In this document: one piece after another, positions 53,581 to 64,000 of the stretch | How positions within the stretch are numbered: the first letter of the stretch is position 1 | How the letters are laid out: the number at the start of each line of letters is the position of its first letter | NCBI RefSeq assembly: GCF_035594765.1 | Contig: NC_085842.1 | Span: forward strand, 141,435,036-141,499,035 | Direction: 5' to 3' | Origin: Anolis carolinensis | Lineage: Eukaryota | Length of the DNA: 64,000 nt | Program-made: the position numbers and the translations under genes | Notes under the pieces: generated by a model | What the model was told of the DNA's origin: nothing | Databases searched by the model: none | What the model saw: only the letters and a program-made list of their open reading frames with translations

Positions 53581-54007
53581 GTTTTGAGGTAGATCAGCGG
53601 TTTTTCCGCTTGAGCTAGCTTGCACGGCTTATAGTTTTTTATAGTTTAGGAAGTTTAGTTTAGGCCGCGGCTTTTCCGCCTGAGCTCAGTCTGCATACCT
53701 AAAGACTCAACCAGCGTCTGAGGCAGTGGAGCCCGCTCTCAGACCTGAAGGAGTCAAATAGTGGGGCTCTATTTCCTTGCTATTTGGCTCGCGTGTGCGC
53801 ACGTGGCCCAGTGGCTTTCTGGGTTTGCACAGGCTGTGCAGTTCCCAGCAACGTCCAGGGCTCCCTCGGCGGTAGACCTCGAGCCGCGGAGCACCAGCGA
53901 CAGTTCTTTGGCTGGCTCTGAGGCGTGAAGCCCACCAGAACCAGGCTAGAACCTGGACAGGCCTGGCAACGCTGCTGCGAGTTCGGCCGGAGCACTCGGC
54001 CGGCTTC

Positions 54008-54402
54008 GACCTGCCTCATGGTCCGGCGGTGGTGACCTGCCTCATCGTCCTGCGGTGGTGACCTGCCTCATGGTCCGGCGGTGGTGACCTGCCTCATCGT
54101 CCTGCGGTGGTGACCTGCCTCATCGTCCTGCGGTGGTGACCTGCCTCATCGTCCTGCGGTGGTGACCTGCTTCATCGTCCTGCGGTGGTGACCTGCCTCA
54201 TTGTCCGGCGGTGGTGACCTGCCTCATCGTCCTGCGGTGGTGACCTGCTTCATTGACCTGCGGCGGTGACCTGTCTCATCATCCTGCGGTGGTGACCTGC
54301 CTCATCGTCCTGCGGTGGTGACCTGCTTCATCGTCCTGCGGTGGTGACCTGCCTCATCGTCCTGCGGTGGTGACCTGTTTCATCGACCTGCGGTGGTGAC
54401 CT
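54008..54402 (+). repeat. 26-bp minisatellite, 15 copies, in the BEL leader
   Basis: Unit gacctgcctcatcgtcctgcggtggt, with starts every 26 nt from 54008 to 54398. Confidence 0.95.
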
Positions 54403-54782
54403 CCCTTCACAGCGGGGAGGAGGCGTCTTTTCTCTCCTCCTTTCCAAAGCCAGCCTCGGTGCTCCTTCGGCGGCAGGCCTCGAGCCGCAGAGCGCGAGGT
54501 GCTTGAAAATTTGGCGAAGTCGCCATTTTGGCAGTTTACGTCACTCGGGCAAGGGAGGTATCAAGTGGCAAGTTGCTGTCAGTTGGCATTTTGCAGCTTG
54601 CCCACTAAAATCTGGCGCCAAAGGTCACTATCTTTGTAAAGTATAGTTACTTAGTGATATATATTGCTATGGTTAAGTGTTGTGCATTGTATTATATATT
54701 GCATTTGCTTTTATTGTAAATTTACTTGCTGGTATGTTGTATTTGCTTTTGTTGTAAATTTACTTGCTATTAAGAATACATA

Positions 54783-57700
54783 ATGTCTATGCAATTTCAA
54801 GATGATACAGATGGTATACCTCCTTCTGAGGCTGAAAGTAGGAATGAAAGGCCCCAAAGGATAAAGCACCCTTCAGCCAAGATGCTAGCCCATCTAATAG
54901 ATGAAAAGGAGCTCCTCCATGTGAGGTTAGGTTCGGCATGGGAGCGAATTGTAACATTGATGGGCAGAATTGAGAGCTTGGGTATTACAAGGGTGCCATC
55001 CATATTACAGACCGACCTTGAAGAGACCTTCGGTCTCTGGAGGGGTTTGGTGTCTAAGATAGTCCAGGTCCTCGAGCGCATTAACGCCAAGGATTCAGAG
55101 TTAGAAATAGTGAGTGTCTTAGCTGACACTAATGAGAAAGAAAATAAGGTGAGGGCAATTCTAGATGCCTTGGAATTTAGTTCTCCACCTGTTAATCTAA
55201 GGTCTGAGCCAAAAGGAAATCAGTCTTCCTTATGCAGCCATGAGACCAATCTTTTAAAATCACCTGCTGTGGCACTTAGTCTTAAGTCCAACCGCTCTAG
55301 CCAGGTATCTAAGCTAAGGGAGTGTGCATCATCTAAACATAGCCACTCTAGCAAGTCTTCTGCTGCTGGGAGTGCCATCTCTTCCCTAGCTGCCTTGCAC
55401 ATTAGGGAGGCTGCACGTCTGGAGCTAAAGAGCAAGGTAGCAGGGGCGGAAGCTGATGCTAAGGCAGCTGATCTCACCCTTCCCTTTAAAGAAGAAGAGC
55501 AACGAATGCAAATAGAACAGGCCCGTAGACAAAGCGAAATGCAAATGGAACAGGCCCAAAGGCAAGGTGAAATAGAAATGCTTAGAATAAGGATGGACGC
55601 TACTGCCAAAAAGGTAAGGGCTGAGACTTTGGCCAAGGCCCTAATTGAGCCACTCACAGAAGAAAATGTAAGTCAGTTGCCGAAGCAGGACCCTTCTTCC
55701 AAGGTGCTTGTGCATCTTAATAGCTTAAACAGCCAGTTTTCGGATGAGGAACAGGAAGACTTCTCTCCTTACCCAGAGCAGGGCCCCAAAGTCACTTTTG
55801 AGTTTCCTGCAGAGCAGAGCGTCATAGCGGGGAGCTCACCCTTGCCCGAGCTACCTGTGCCTCCTGCTAAATCCCTAGGTCAGTCAATCAGGGCCTCAAG
55901 GCCAAGTGCTAGTTGGCCCTTACAGACAGCTGCACAGGGAGCCACCGATTCGTCAGTGGTCGATGTCATCCCTCCAAGAGGCCAAAGGTTGACGCAAGGT
56001 GCACGGTGGGAGTCCACTCCACAACAGCAAACTCCTCAATTGTTCCCTTCGACGCCAGAGTCCCAGCTTGTCTCCATCATCAGAAGCCCCAGAAGAGATC
56101 TTAAGGACAAGGGTGTCGAAAAGTTTTCGGACAAGCCTGAGGAATTTCTTCTCTGGAAGGCCACCTTCCAGAGAGCAATCAGAGACTTAAAGTTATTGCC
56201 TGAGGAAGAACTGACTCTTCTGGCTGCATGGTTGGGCCCAGCCTCATCCTCACAAGTTAAGAAGATCTACGCAGCCCACGTAGCCGATCCCGACAAAGCC
56301 CTGGAAAAGGCCTGGGCCAGGTTGCAGCAGAGGTATGGGGCCAGCACAGAGATTGAAGCATCTCTTATGGACAAGCTCCAAAGGTTCCCAGCTTTGAAAC
56401 TCAAAGACTTCAAACTCTTGTGGGACCTCAGCGATCTCCTTACGGAATTAGAGTCGGCCAAGGAGAATCCAGAACTGCCCGGTTTGAAGTGCCTCGATCA
56501 GCACCTGTCCCAGAGGCAGATCTTGACCAAGCTGCCCTTCACTTTGCAAGAACGCTGGGGACAGGAGGTCTTCAACTACAAGGAGGCCCACTCCCAGGCA
56601 TACCCTCCATTTTCTCATTTGGTCCAGTTCATCACCAGGGCGGCCAGAGAAAGGAATGATCCGCAGACGGGCCTCCCCACCTTATACCAAGGGACCCAGC
56701 CAGAGAAGGCACCTAAAGTGGACAAGAAACCATCTAGAGAGGCCAATAGACCTGTCAGCGTAAAGGCAGTCGAAACTCAACTCAAGACTGACGAACCCAG
56801 GTCGGAGGTAAAAGAGTTGCTTTGCCCTATTCACCAAAAGCCTCACAGCTTGGCCAACTGCAGGGAGTTTAGTAGAAAGACATACAAAGAAAGGCAACAG
56901 CTAGTTCAAAAGCAGGGAATCTGCTTTAGATGCTGTGGAGCAACTCCACACTTTGCATCCAACTGCAAAGAAAACATCAAGTGTGAGAAATGCAACAGCC
57001 TCAAGCATTGCACCGCAATGCACAACTCCAATATCATCTCCCACCCCAAAGAGAACGCTTCACCAAAAGAAAAGTCAGCAGTCGAAGACACCGACAAGCC
57101 AGCCGCACCAGAGATGCAGGTGGAAGTTTCAGCAGTCGCCTGTACAGAGCTGTGTTCTGACTCGCACCAGTACAGAGTTTGTCATCCTATCTGCCTAGCG
57201 GATGTATATCCAGCCAAGAGCCCTTGGCTTAGAAAGAGACTCTATGTGGCCCTGGATTCACAGAGCGACGCCTCCCTGGCTACTCCAGAGTTCTTCCGCA
57301 TGTTTGACCTTAAAACCAAGATGGTCGACTACACTATGACTACGTGTGCAGGAAAAAAGAAGTTGCAGGGTCGCATAGCATCTGGCTTCGTTGTCTCCTC
57401 TTGCGACCAGAAGAGACAGTTCAAGTTGCCAGACCTGATTGAGTGTTCCTCTATTCCCCGGAACAAAAGGCAGATTGTCACTAGAGAAGTTGTGGAGGCT
57501 CATCCACATTTGCGACGGTTAAAGAATGCTATACCAGCCTTTCGGCCAGATGTGGACATTGCCCTTTTGCTTGGCTCGGACTGCCCGAGCTTGTTCTGTG
57601 TGAACGACCAAGTTAAAGGACCTCCAGGTGCACCTATCGCACAACAATTGCCATTAGGCTGGACAGTCATAGGCCCAGTGTGCATAAACAAGATGCACCC

Positions 57701-58637
57701 ACCATCGTCGTTGGACTCCAATCAAGCACAGGTGCTTAAAGGTGGACGTCCTACACTTGTGCGCAGTTGCCTAAGTCACATCTCAGTCTACTGCCAAGGA
57801 ATAACTCCAGAGTATTCCTCCACCTTCAAAGTCTCTGAGAGAGACGAAGCCATAGCGCTCTTGAAAGATGAGCAAAGGTTCTTGGACAGTATGAATGCTC
57901 AAGTCTCACGAAGTACAGAGGGAAATTGGGTAGCTCCTTTGCCCTTTAAGTCAGATAAGCCCACTTCGCCAAACAATAGACACATGGCAGGGAAAAGACT
58001 CTGGTCCCTAAAGAAAAGAATCCATCATCAGGGTAGAACTCTAACTGAGGCAGCCCTTAGAAACGAAGGTCTGTGGGTAGTTAATGCCAAAAGGTTGGTC
58101 AACAGTTGTATTTTCAAATGTGTTAAATGCAGGTGCCTTAGGCGAAACTGTCAAAATCGGTTAATAGCAGAACTACCTCAGGATAGGACTTTGACAGACC
58201 CACCCTTTTCCCACGTGGGAATTAATGTGTTTGGTCCTTGGGAAATTGTTACCAGAAAAACCAGGGGTGGTGTTGTAAATAATAAAAGATGGGCGGTTTT
58301 GTTTACTTGTTTGTCAAAACGAACTGTCTATATTGAGGATGTAGAGGGAATGGACACTTCATCATTTTTAAATGCATTGAAAAGGTTCATAGCCCTCAGA
58401 GGGCCAATTAAGTCAATTCGATCGGACTGTGGCACCAATTTTGCATGTGCAGACCTTAGCCAACCACTTCTGGAAGAGGTGGAAGGCCGAATACTTAAGC
58501 CAGCTTTCAACCAGAAGACTCTGGCAAACCCCAGAGGACAATTTCAAGGTGGGAAACCTTGTGTTGCTAAAGGACAAAGACTTGCCCCGCTATGCCTGGC
58601 CTATGGGCATTACACTAAAGACCTTTCCTTGCCCTGA
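54783..58637 (+). CDS. BEL/Pao Gag-protease polyprotein fused to a defective integrase remnant (1284 aa)
   Basis: Coiled-coil N-terminus; capsid-like region EKFSDKPEEFLLWKATF; knuckles CPIHQKPHSLANC, CFRCCGATPHFASNC and CEKCNSLKHCTAMH; protease YVALDSQSDAS...IALLLGSD...PLGW; then HHQG...CVKC and SDCGTNF. No YVDD-type RT motif. Confidence 0.93.
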   Translation: MSMQFQDDTDGIPPSEAESRNERPQRIKHPSAKMLAHLIDEKELLHVRLGSAWERIVTLMGRIESLGITRVPSILQTDLEETFGLWRGLVSKIVQVLERINAKDSELEIVSVLADTNEKENKVRAILDALEFSSPPVNLRSEPKGNQSSLCSHETNLLKSPAVALSLKSNRSSQVSKLRECASSKHSHSSKSSAAGSAISSLAALHIREAARLELKSKVAGAEADAKAADLTLPFKEEEQRMQIEQARRQSEMQMEQAQRQGEIEMLRIRMDATAKKVRAETLAKALIEPLTEENVSQLPKQDPSSKVLVHLNSLNSQFSDEEQEDFSPYPEQGPKVTFEFPAEQSVIAGSSPLPELPVPPAKSLGQSIRASRPSASWPLQTAAQGATDSSVVDVIPPRGQRLTQGARWESTPQQQTPQLFPSTPESQLVSIIRSPRRDLKDKGVEKFSDKPEEFLLWKATFQRAIRDLKLLPEEELTLLAAWLGPASSSQVKKIYAAHVADPDKALEKAWARLQQRYGASTEIEASLMDKLQRFPALKLKDFKLLWDLSDLLTELESAKENPELPGLKCLDQHLSQRQILTKLPFTLQERWGQEVFNYKEAHSQAYPPFSHLVQFITRAARERNDPQTGLPTLYQGTQPEKAPKVDKKPSREANRPVSVKAVETQLKTDEPRSEVKELLCPIHQKPHSLANCREFSRKTYKERQQLVQKQGICFRCCGATPHFASNCKENIKCEKCNSLKHCTAMHNSNIISHPKENASPKEKSAVEDTDKPAAPEMQVEVSAVACTELCSDSHQYRVCHPICLADVYPAKSPWLRKRLYVALDSQSDASLATPEFFRMFDLKTKMVDYTMTTCAGKKKLQGRIASGFVVSSCDQKRQFKLPDLIECSSIPRNKRQIVTREVVEAHPHLRRLKNAIPAFRPDVDIALLLGSDCPSLFCVNDQVKGPPGAPIAQQLPLGWTVIGPVCINKMHPPSSLDSNQAQVLKGGRPTLVRSCLSHISVYCQGITPEYSSTFKVSERDEAIALLKDEQRFLDSMNAQVSRSTEGNWVAPLPFKSDKPTSPNNRHMAGKRLWSLKKRIHHQGRTLTEAALRNEGLWVVNAKRLVNSCIFKCVKCRCLRRNCQNRLIAELPQDRTLTDPPFSHVGINVFGPWEIVTRKTRGGVVNNKRWAVLFTCLSKRTVYIEDVEGMDTSSFLNALKRFIALRGPIKSIRSDCGTNFACADLSQPLLEEVEGRILKPAFNQKTLANPRGQFQGGKPCVAKGQRLAPLCLAYGHYTKDLSLP

Positions 58638-58740
58638 CGGTAAGGTTAGAAAAGTTCAAGTAAAGACTCATAGTAAGGACAAAATGTCTGTCCTGGACAG
58701 ACCAATTAGTGACCTCGTGTTGCTTATTGGAGATGTTTAA
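58443..58740 (+). pseudogene. Out-of-frame C-terminal domain of the BEL integrase (DUF5641-like)
   Basis: VQTLANHFWKRWKAEYL...VGNLVLLKD...WPMG...DGKVRKVQVKT...RPISDLVLL, in a different frame from the main ORF. Confidence 0.85.
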
Positions 58741-58819
58741 AGTTTTATACTGTTGTATTGTTGTGTATACAAAGGTGTTTGTATGTTTTTGATTGGTAAA
58801 TTCCCACATCCTGGGAATT

Positions 58820-58829
58820 TAGCGGGGAG
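58820..58829 (+). promoter_or_regulatory. Polypurine tract
   Basis: agcggggag directly abuts the TG of the 3' LTR. Confidence 0.8.
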
Positions 58830-59545
58830 TGTTCCGTCCCCCAGGACGATGGTTTGCCTTACCTATTGGTCGTTTGTTTGTTTTCCCTCCTTTGCATTCT
58901 GTTTCAGCCTCTGGCTGCAAAAGCCTAGGAAAAGTGACTTGGAATCTGCAAGAGCTGGCTGCAGTTTTCTTTGCAGTGATTGGTCAAAGAATGCAACATC
59001 TTAGGACCGCCCTTTTTACCAGGGTCTAGTCTCCATTTTGGAGCTTCATTCTGGCTATAGTCTTACAACGTGCTGGAGCTGTGCAAGGCTAACTGGGACA
59101 AATCATCCTCAAAACCAGGCCAATCTAAGCCTATCCAAATTAGATAAGTATTGAATTATATTGATCTGGAATAGGAACTCTAGTTAGAGGAGCAGGGTTA
59201 TTCTGTCGCTTCTAGAACTAATCTTTGCTGTAAAGATAGGGAAGGAAAGAGTTTCTCCTTCTAATATAGGCAGCGTGATTAGGGTATAGTGGTTTTATAA
59301 TCACCTTTGCTTTCTGGAACCAGGGATAATTCTGTACCTAAAACCTATAGAAATTTGTTTCATTTTCTGCAACTTTAAGATCTGTGCCAGGTTTACAACC
59401 TTGTATGAATAAACATCCTTTTTTGAAGTTATCCAGACTCAGTCGTTCAATATCTATAGGACAGCTTATAGGGATTTGCAGTTCGCCCGGATAAAGGACA
59501 GCACGTTTCAGTTTTATAGTTTTTTATTGTCCGGCGGACGGCACA
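58830..59545 (+). repeat. 3' LTR
   Basis: 716 bp, same sequence as the 5' LTR, followed by the TSD gtgtg. Confidence 0.97.
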
Positions 59546-61910
59546 GTGTGAGCAAAACATGTACTTTGTGAGTCCCAGTCCATGGCACCTTTAGGCAAGG
59601 CAGAATCCTGCATGAATACATCTCCAGCATCTTAGGCAAAAAATCTTTCTTAATCTGACTACTGAAGATCCTTTCACTGCAGAGTACCTATCAGCGTCTA
59701 TCTCTGCCATGAGCTCCACCCCATCATTTTCTTCAACCACACCCCTGTTTTCCATACAATCCTTTTCCTTATCCCAAGTCTTCTTCTTTAGATAGTAGGC
59801 TTTCTTTCTTTTAGGCAGCAGAACAGTCGACAACCACTTCAGATATAAAATTTCAGCAGATTGACTGTGTGAGAGAGACAACTACAGTATCAAGGGAAGG
59901 GGAGGGCAATCCTCCAGATTAATTATGGCACTGCGAATGTGAAAAATAAATTCCCCCAAAAGAGACATTTTTCAGGAGATCCGGTGATGGACATACTCTT
60001 GAGGTTGAGTTAGAGCTTCCTAGTACCTCATTTAATTAACTCAATCTGACTTTTATAGGGCTTTATGTTATGTGTTTCCTTGTTCAGTAAACAAACAGCA
60101 GAAAATTAAAACAGGGCAGCTGCCAGCGAACAGTAAATTTAATTGAAAAATAATGAATTGCCATGGGGTGCCACCAGGGGTTTTGTCAAGATAAAGTTAT
60201 TTATCCTGGAAAGCTTCCACACGCATTTGTCAGTACTTGATATATACAGAAGTAAAAGGAGAGAAGCAAGCTGTGAGACATGCCGGGGCTGGATGCTGAT
60301 GGCATAGCCTTCTAAGCTCTGCTACTGAACAGCTTCCATTTATTTCCATGGCTCTGGGACTAAGCAACAGTTCTTTGAGAGTATTGCTGAAAGTTGTGCA
60401 ACTAGGCAGCAGTGCTTCCTGGATGGCTCCCTAACTCTCAGTCCTCTGTAAGAGCTGTGCAAGGCAAAGGCAGCCACAGCTAAGCTCTAAAGTGCAAGTT
60501 CATGCCGCTCCAGTAGGGTGGGACTAGGAATGGGACATGTTCCTTTCAGTCACTTTTGGACTGCATTCAACTAATCTTGCAAATGTCTCAACCTGTATTT
60601 CAATTGTGTTGGGAATACCATCACCCATTCCTGACAATGATTGAAAAGGAGGCAAGAAAACATGAGGCATGATAATACATTTATCTTTTCTCCAAACAAA
60701 TCAAAATGCAGCTTCAAGGGGCAGCAGCAGTGTTCACTCTCTCTGTGTCTGGAGAGAAGGCACATGGGCAACATTCAGCTGTAATTCTGCAGCTGAGAAA
60801 AGAGAGCTGGCATCACCTGCTTGGATCTCTAGGAATTTCTTGCAGGAGGTCCCTAGATATGGGGACCCTGGCTTTTTCTGGCCCTTGGAGTGCATGCTCC
60901 AGCCTTCTGGATGAGGTGGGAATGTCCTCAAATGTCTTCAAAAGGGCAAACTATATATAACTTCAGGTTATATGAGTGTATCTCACCAATAAAATTACTG
61001 TTCATGATAGCTTATTGGACTGTGATTGACTGAGGTTGCTAAAGAAACTAATGCACAGTGAATTCTGATGTCAATTTGAGCTGGACTAATGCACAGAGTG
61101 CAATTTCATTATTCATTGGCTTTTGTACTTCCTGAATGTTTAAAAACACACATTTTGGGAGAAAACACATCTTTAAAAATAATACAGCTTTAAAAATAAT
61201 TTGTGCACTTTTAATGCTACCTGAAGAGAAAATTTGAAATAGGGTGGAATGGATTGATATGTAAAACACACATAGAAGTGACCAAGATGAGAAATAGACT
61301 CATTCACTTATGCTCTTAAAATGGGGTGATCATTTCAGTCTCCAGATGCCTTGGGTTATCAACTCCACAGTGCTGCAGATCACATATGAGAGTTGTGGTG
61401 CCAAAGATTAGGAGGCTCAGAAGTTTTTCCCTCATGGCTTAAGAACGGCAACTGTGTACCAAAAACCACACCTGTGGGTGCCATAGTGTCGTTGCTGTGT
61501 CTGCATGAATTGGGCCTTATATTTCCCTTTGTAACTTGCTTTTGCTTGTTGGCTACAAAGTCTTTCCAGCTATGCGCTTAAAGCAAAAATTCCTAAGTAT
61601 TTTGCAGAATAAGCAAGACTTTCACTATAGAAACTTGAATATTTCCACTGTGGTACTGGCAGGGATTTTGTGCCTGTTTTCCATTTTGCTTTTATATTTA
61701 GCATTTTATAAAATGATATACACTTCTCCTTTAATTGGAGATGAGGTATCTGCTACTTAATTCAATCACTTGTTAATATGATCAACACTACTTGGGATTT
61801 TATTCCTCCTTCTGTCTTTCTCTTCCTCTTTATCTTATAAAAAGAGCAGCCAGGAACTCTGTAAGATATGAGTTTATCTCATTAATGATTTCTGCATGCA
61901 CTTAACAGGA

Positions 61911-62172
61911 ATAGAATCATAGAATCACAGAGCTGGAAGAGACAACAGTGGCCATCCAGTCCAACTCTATTATTCCCTGAAGGAACACACAATCGAAACA
62001 CTCCTGGCAGATTAAAAACACACCTCTGTTTAAAAACCTCCAGAGAAGGAGATTCCACCACACTTTGAGGCAGCATATTCTACTGCCAACAGTTCTTACC
62101 ATCAAAAAGTTCTTCCTAATGTTTAGATGGATTTTTTTTTACTGCAATTTGAATTCATTGATCTGTGTCCTA
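61911..62172 (-). mobile_element. CR1 LINE 3' end
   Basis: (tagaatca)n tail; minus-strand LPQSVVESPSLEVFKQR; a similar older piece lies at ~34400-34790. Confidence 0.8.
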
Positions 62173-62894
62173 GTAATAATTGAGATCCTATTTGGCAGAG
62201 CTGGGCATCATGGTAGCAGAGCTGCTGGACACTGAAAATGGTCAGAAAGGTGGTTTCAAAGAAGGGCCCAGTGGATAGCAAACAAGAAAGGAGAAAAAAT
62301 GACTAGGAAAATGCAACATATCAAGAAGAAAAAGAACCCATAAAAAGGCTGTTCCATAATAGCCAAACTTTAAATTATCCAGTTTAAGTAGAGGCCTTAG
62401 TTCTGTTGCAGAATCCAAAGTCCCCCCTCCTTGCACTTTAAGAGTGTGATTACTCCATTATTCACACACACAACATGTGGAGAAATTTGAAGAAGGCATC
62501 AAACACTTAAGGCAGTCCCTGCCTAAGATAAAGGCTAAAATTTAACATATTCACAAAAAGGGTATTTTACTCTGGCCACTAGATTAAACTTTGATAAAAG
62601 TTTCATTCAGTGCTGTGTCATCTCTCTGAATATCTTTTGTTTAGATTCATACCTTTTCTTTATTCTTTATGAGAAGAGAAAACATTTTATTTAATGAAAA
62701 ACACTATAGCCGAAATCCTGTTTCTTAGTCCCAATCAGAGTGATGAATTAACACAGAAGAAAATCGATTGAAAATTATTCAATTGGTGCATCATTGTCAA
62801 ACTAACAATAAGATTAAGGTCCATTGTATAAATAAAACTGGTGTAATTTTTAAAAGCAACATATATTTTAGACAGATTAAAACATATTAAACCT

Positions 62895-64000
62895 TAGGCT
62901 TGTCTGATCGATGGAAAAAATGTTTCAATTCTCGTTTCTAAAGTAGGGGGTGCCGGCGCTTCGATATGGAAAGTATTTCCGAATTTTTCACCCAAAAATT
63001 TTGGATATTTCCGAAAATTTGTAATGATTCTTAATGTTTCTAAAATAGCGGACGCGCATGCGCAATCGTCCCCCAAAAAAAGGAAACCGGGGGGACTTTT
63101 ACAGGGCTCTCCCGCCCTCATTTCTTGAGCTATCCTCATCAAATTTGGTACAGTGGGAAATCACATTCAACACTCTTTGCTCAACAAATTGCAGAAAGTT
63201 TCCTGTCTCCTATGATTTTTGGTGAATTTTAATAACTTTTTATAATACACTATTTTTCAATATTTGAAGAAACCTGTTCCTGGTTTGAAAGTCTTATTTC
63301 CTGTTCAATTGGGTTCTTATTACTGTGAAAGTCCCTCTTCTACTTGTGTAGACTTGGGATTAGAAACGCAGCACACGCCAAGCAATGCCTTGGCAGGAGT
63401 GCCACTGTCCTTTGAAAACTATAAATTGCCTTTGAACTTTTTGATCTATGGTGCCACTGGCTGACCTTGTGATTGCCAAAATGAAACTCTGGCTGAGGAC
63501 TTTGGATTAGAAACACAGCACACGCCAAGCAATGCCTTGACAGGATTCGCAATGTCCTTTGGAAACTATTTCTTCCAATGTACCCTTTTAGGTTTGAAAA
63601 CAATGTGTGTCTTTGTGATTGATGCAATAACACTCAGCCCGGGGGCTTGGGATTACAAACGGAGCGTGAGGGAAGCAATGCCCTCGCAGGAATGCACACG
63701 TCCTTTGGAAACTCTAACTTCCAATGTCCCCCCCTTTTAGGATTGCTAAGAAGGGCTGATCTAGTGATTGCTAAATTCAAAAAAAAAAGGCAGAGGTCTT
63801 TAGAAATGGAGCATCAGGAAAGCAATGCCTTGGCACCCACATCCTTTTAAAAATAAAAATTCAATTGCCTAAAGCCACAGCAAGGACTCTGCCAGATCCC
63901 ACAAGCCCCAAGCCAATTTCCCCAAAAAAAACCCCACACAATATCCAGTCAGCAACAACAGCCAGCCCTTAACAGACCCAACCCCCAGAACACTTAGCCC
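62895..64000. mobile_element. Probable non-autonomous DNA transposon (TAGG-terminus hAT-like), running off the window, with ~147-bp internal tandem repeats
   Basis: Abrupt change to CpG-containing sequence at taggcttg; the unit gacttgggattagaaacgcagcacacgccaagcaatgccttgg recurs at ~63351, 63498, 63645 and ~63800. The second end is not visible. Confidence 0.55.

Larger units (their letters stand above)
52865..59545 (+). mobile_element. BEL/Pao LTR retrotransposon, complete insertion, non-autonomous (no RT/RNase H)
   Basis: Two 716-bp TG...CA LTRs, 5-bp TSD gtgtg (52860-52864, 59546-59550), PPT before the 3' LTR and a BEL-type Gag with three Cys/His knuckles. Confidence 0.96.

Noticed and set aside
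54008-54402. CRISPR-like array
   Set aside because: Units are head-to-tail with no unique spacers, there are no cas genes, and the context is a eukaryotic LTR element.
54783-58637. Domesticated host gag-derived gene
   Set aside because: It is flanked by identical LTRs, a PPT and a TSD, so it is a recent insertion rather than an old fixed gene.
59591-59881. Minus-strand ORF with ADRYSAVKG resembling ADRYCPVKG at ~52690, suggesting a gene interrupted by the LTR element
   Set aside because: The similarity is short, does not keep frame, and is better explained by two old SINE-like remnants; no recognisable protein.

Overview
This is eukaryotic, repeat-dense genomic DNA from a squamate reptile, most likely an Anolis lizard, judged from Sauria SINEs, L2/CR1/RTE/R4 LINE fragments and composite hAT and Tc1/mariner non-autonomous elements. 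I recognise no host protein-coding exon, so the window looks intergenic or intronic. Main contents: (1) the 5' half of a young L1 on the minus strand (1-3455), with ORF1 broken by one in-frame TGA and ORF2 open and running off the window; (2) several L2, CR1, RTE and R4/Dong fragments, SINEs and MITEs, some nested; (3) a 3'-truncated 7SK snRNA retropseudogene (18248-18485); (4) a 153-nt N gap; (5) a complete 6.7-kb BEL/Pao LTR retrotransposon (52865-59545) with 716-bp LTRs identical by eye and a 5-bp TSD. Its 1284-aa ORF keeps Gag and protease intact, lacks RT/RNase H through an in-frame deletion and has a dead integrase. It has no TGG-type tRNA primer-binding site; the bases just after the 5' LTR are instead complementary to a site inside the LTR, suggesting self-priming. 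This apparently recently mobile Gag-PR-only BEL element is the most interesting system here. All family assignments come from motif recognition without database searches.
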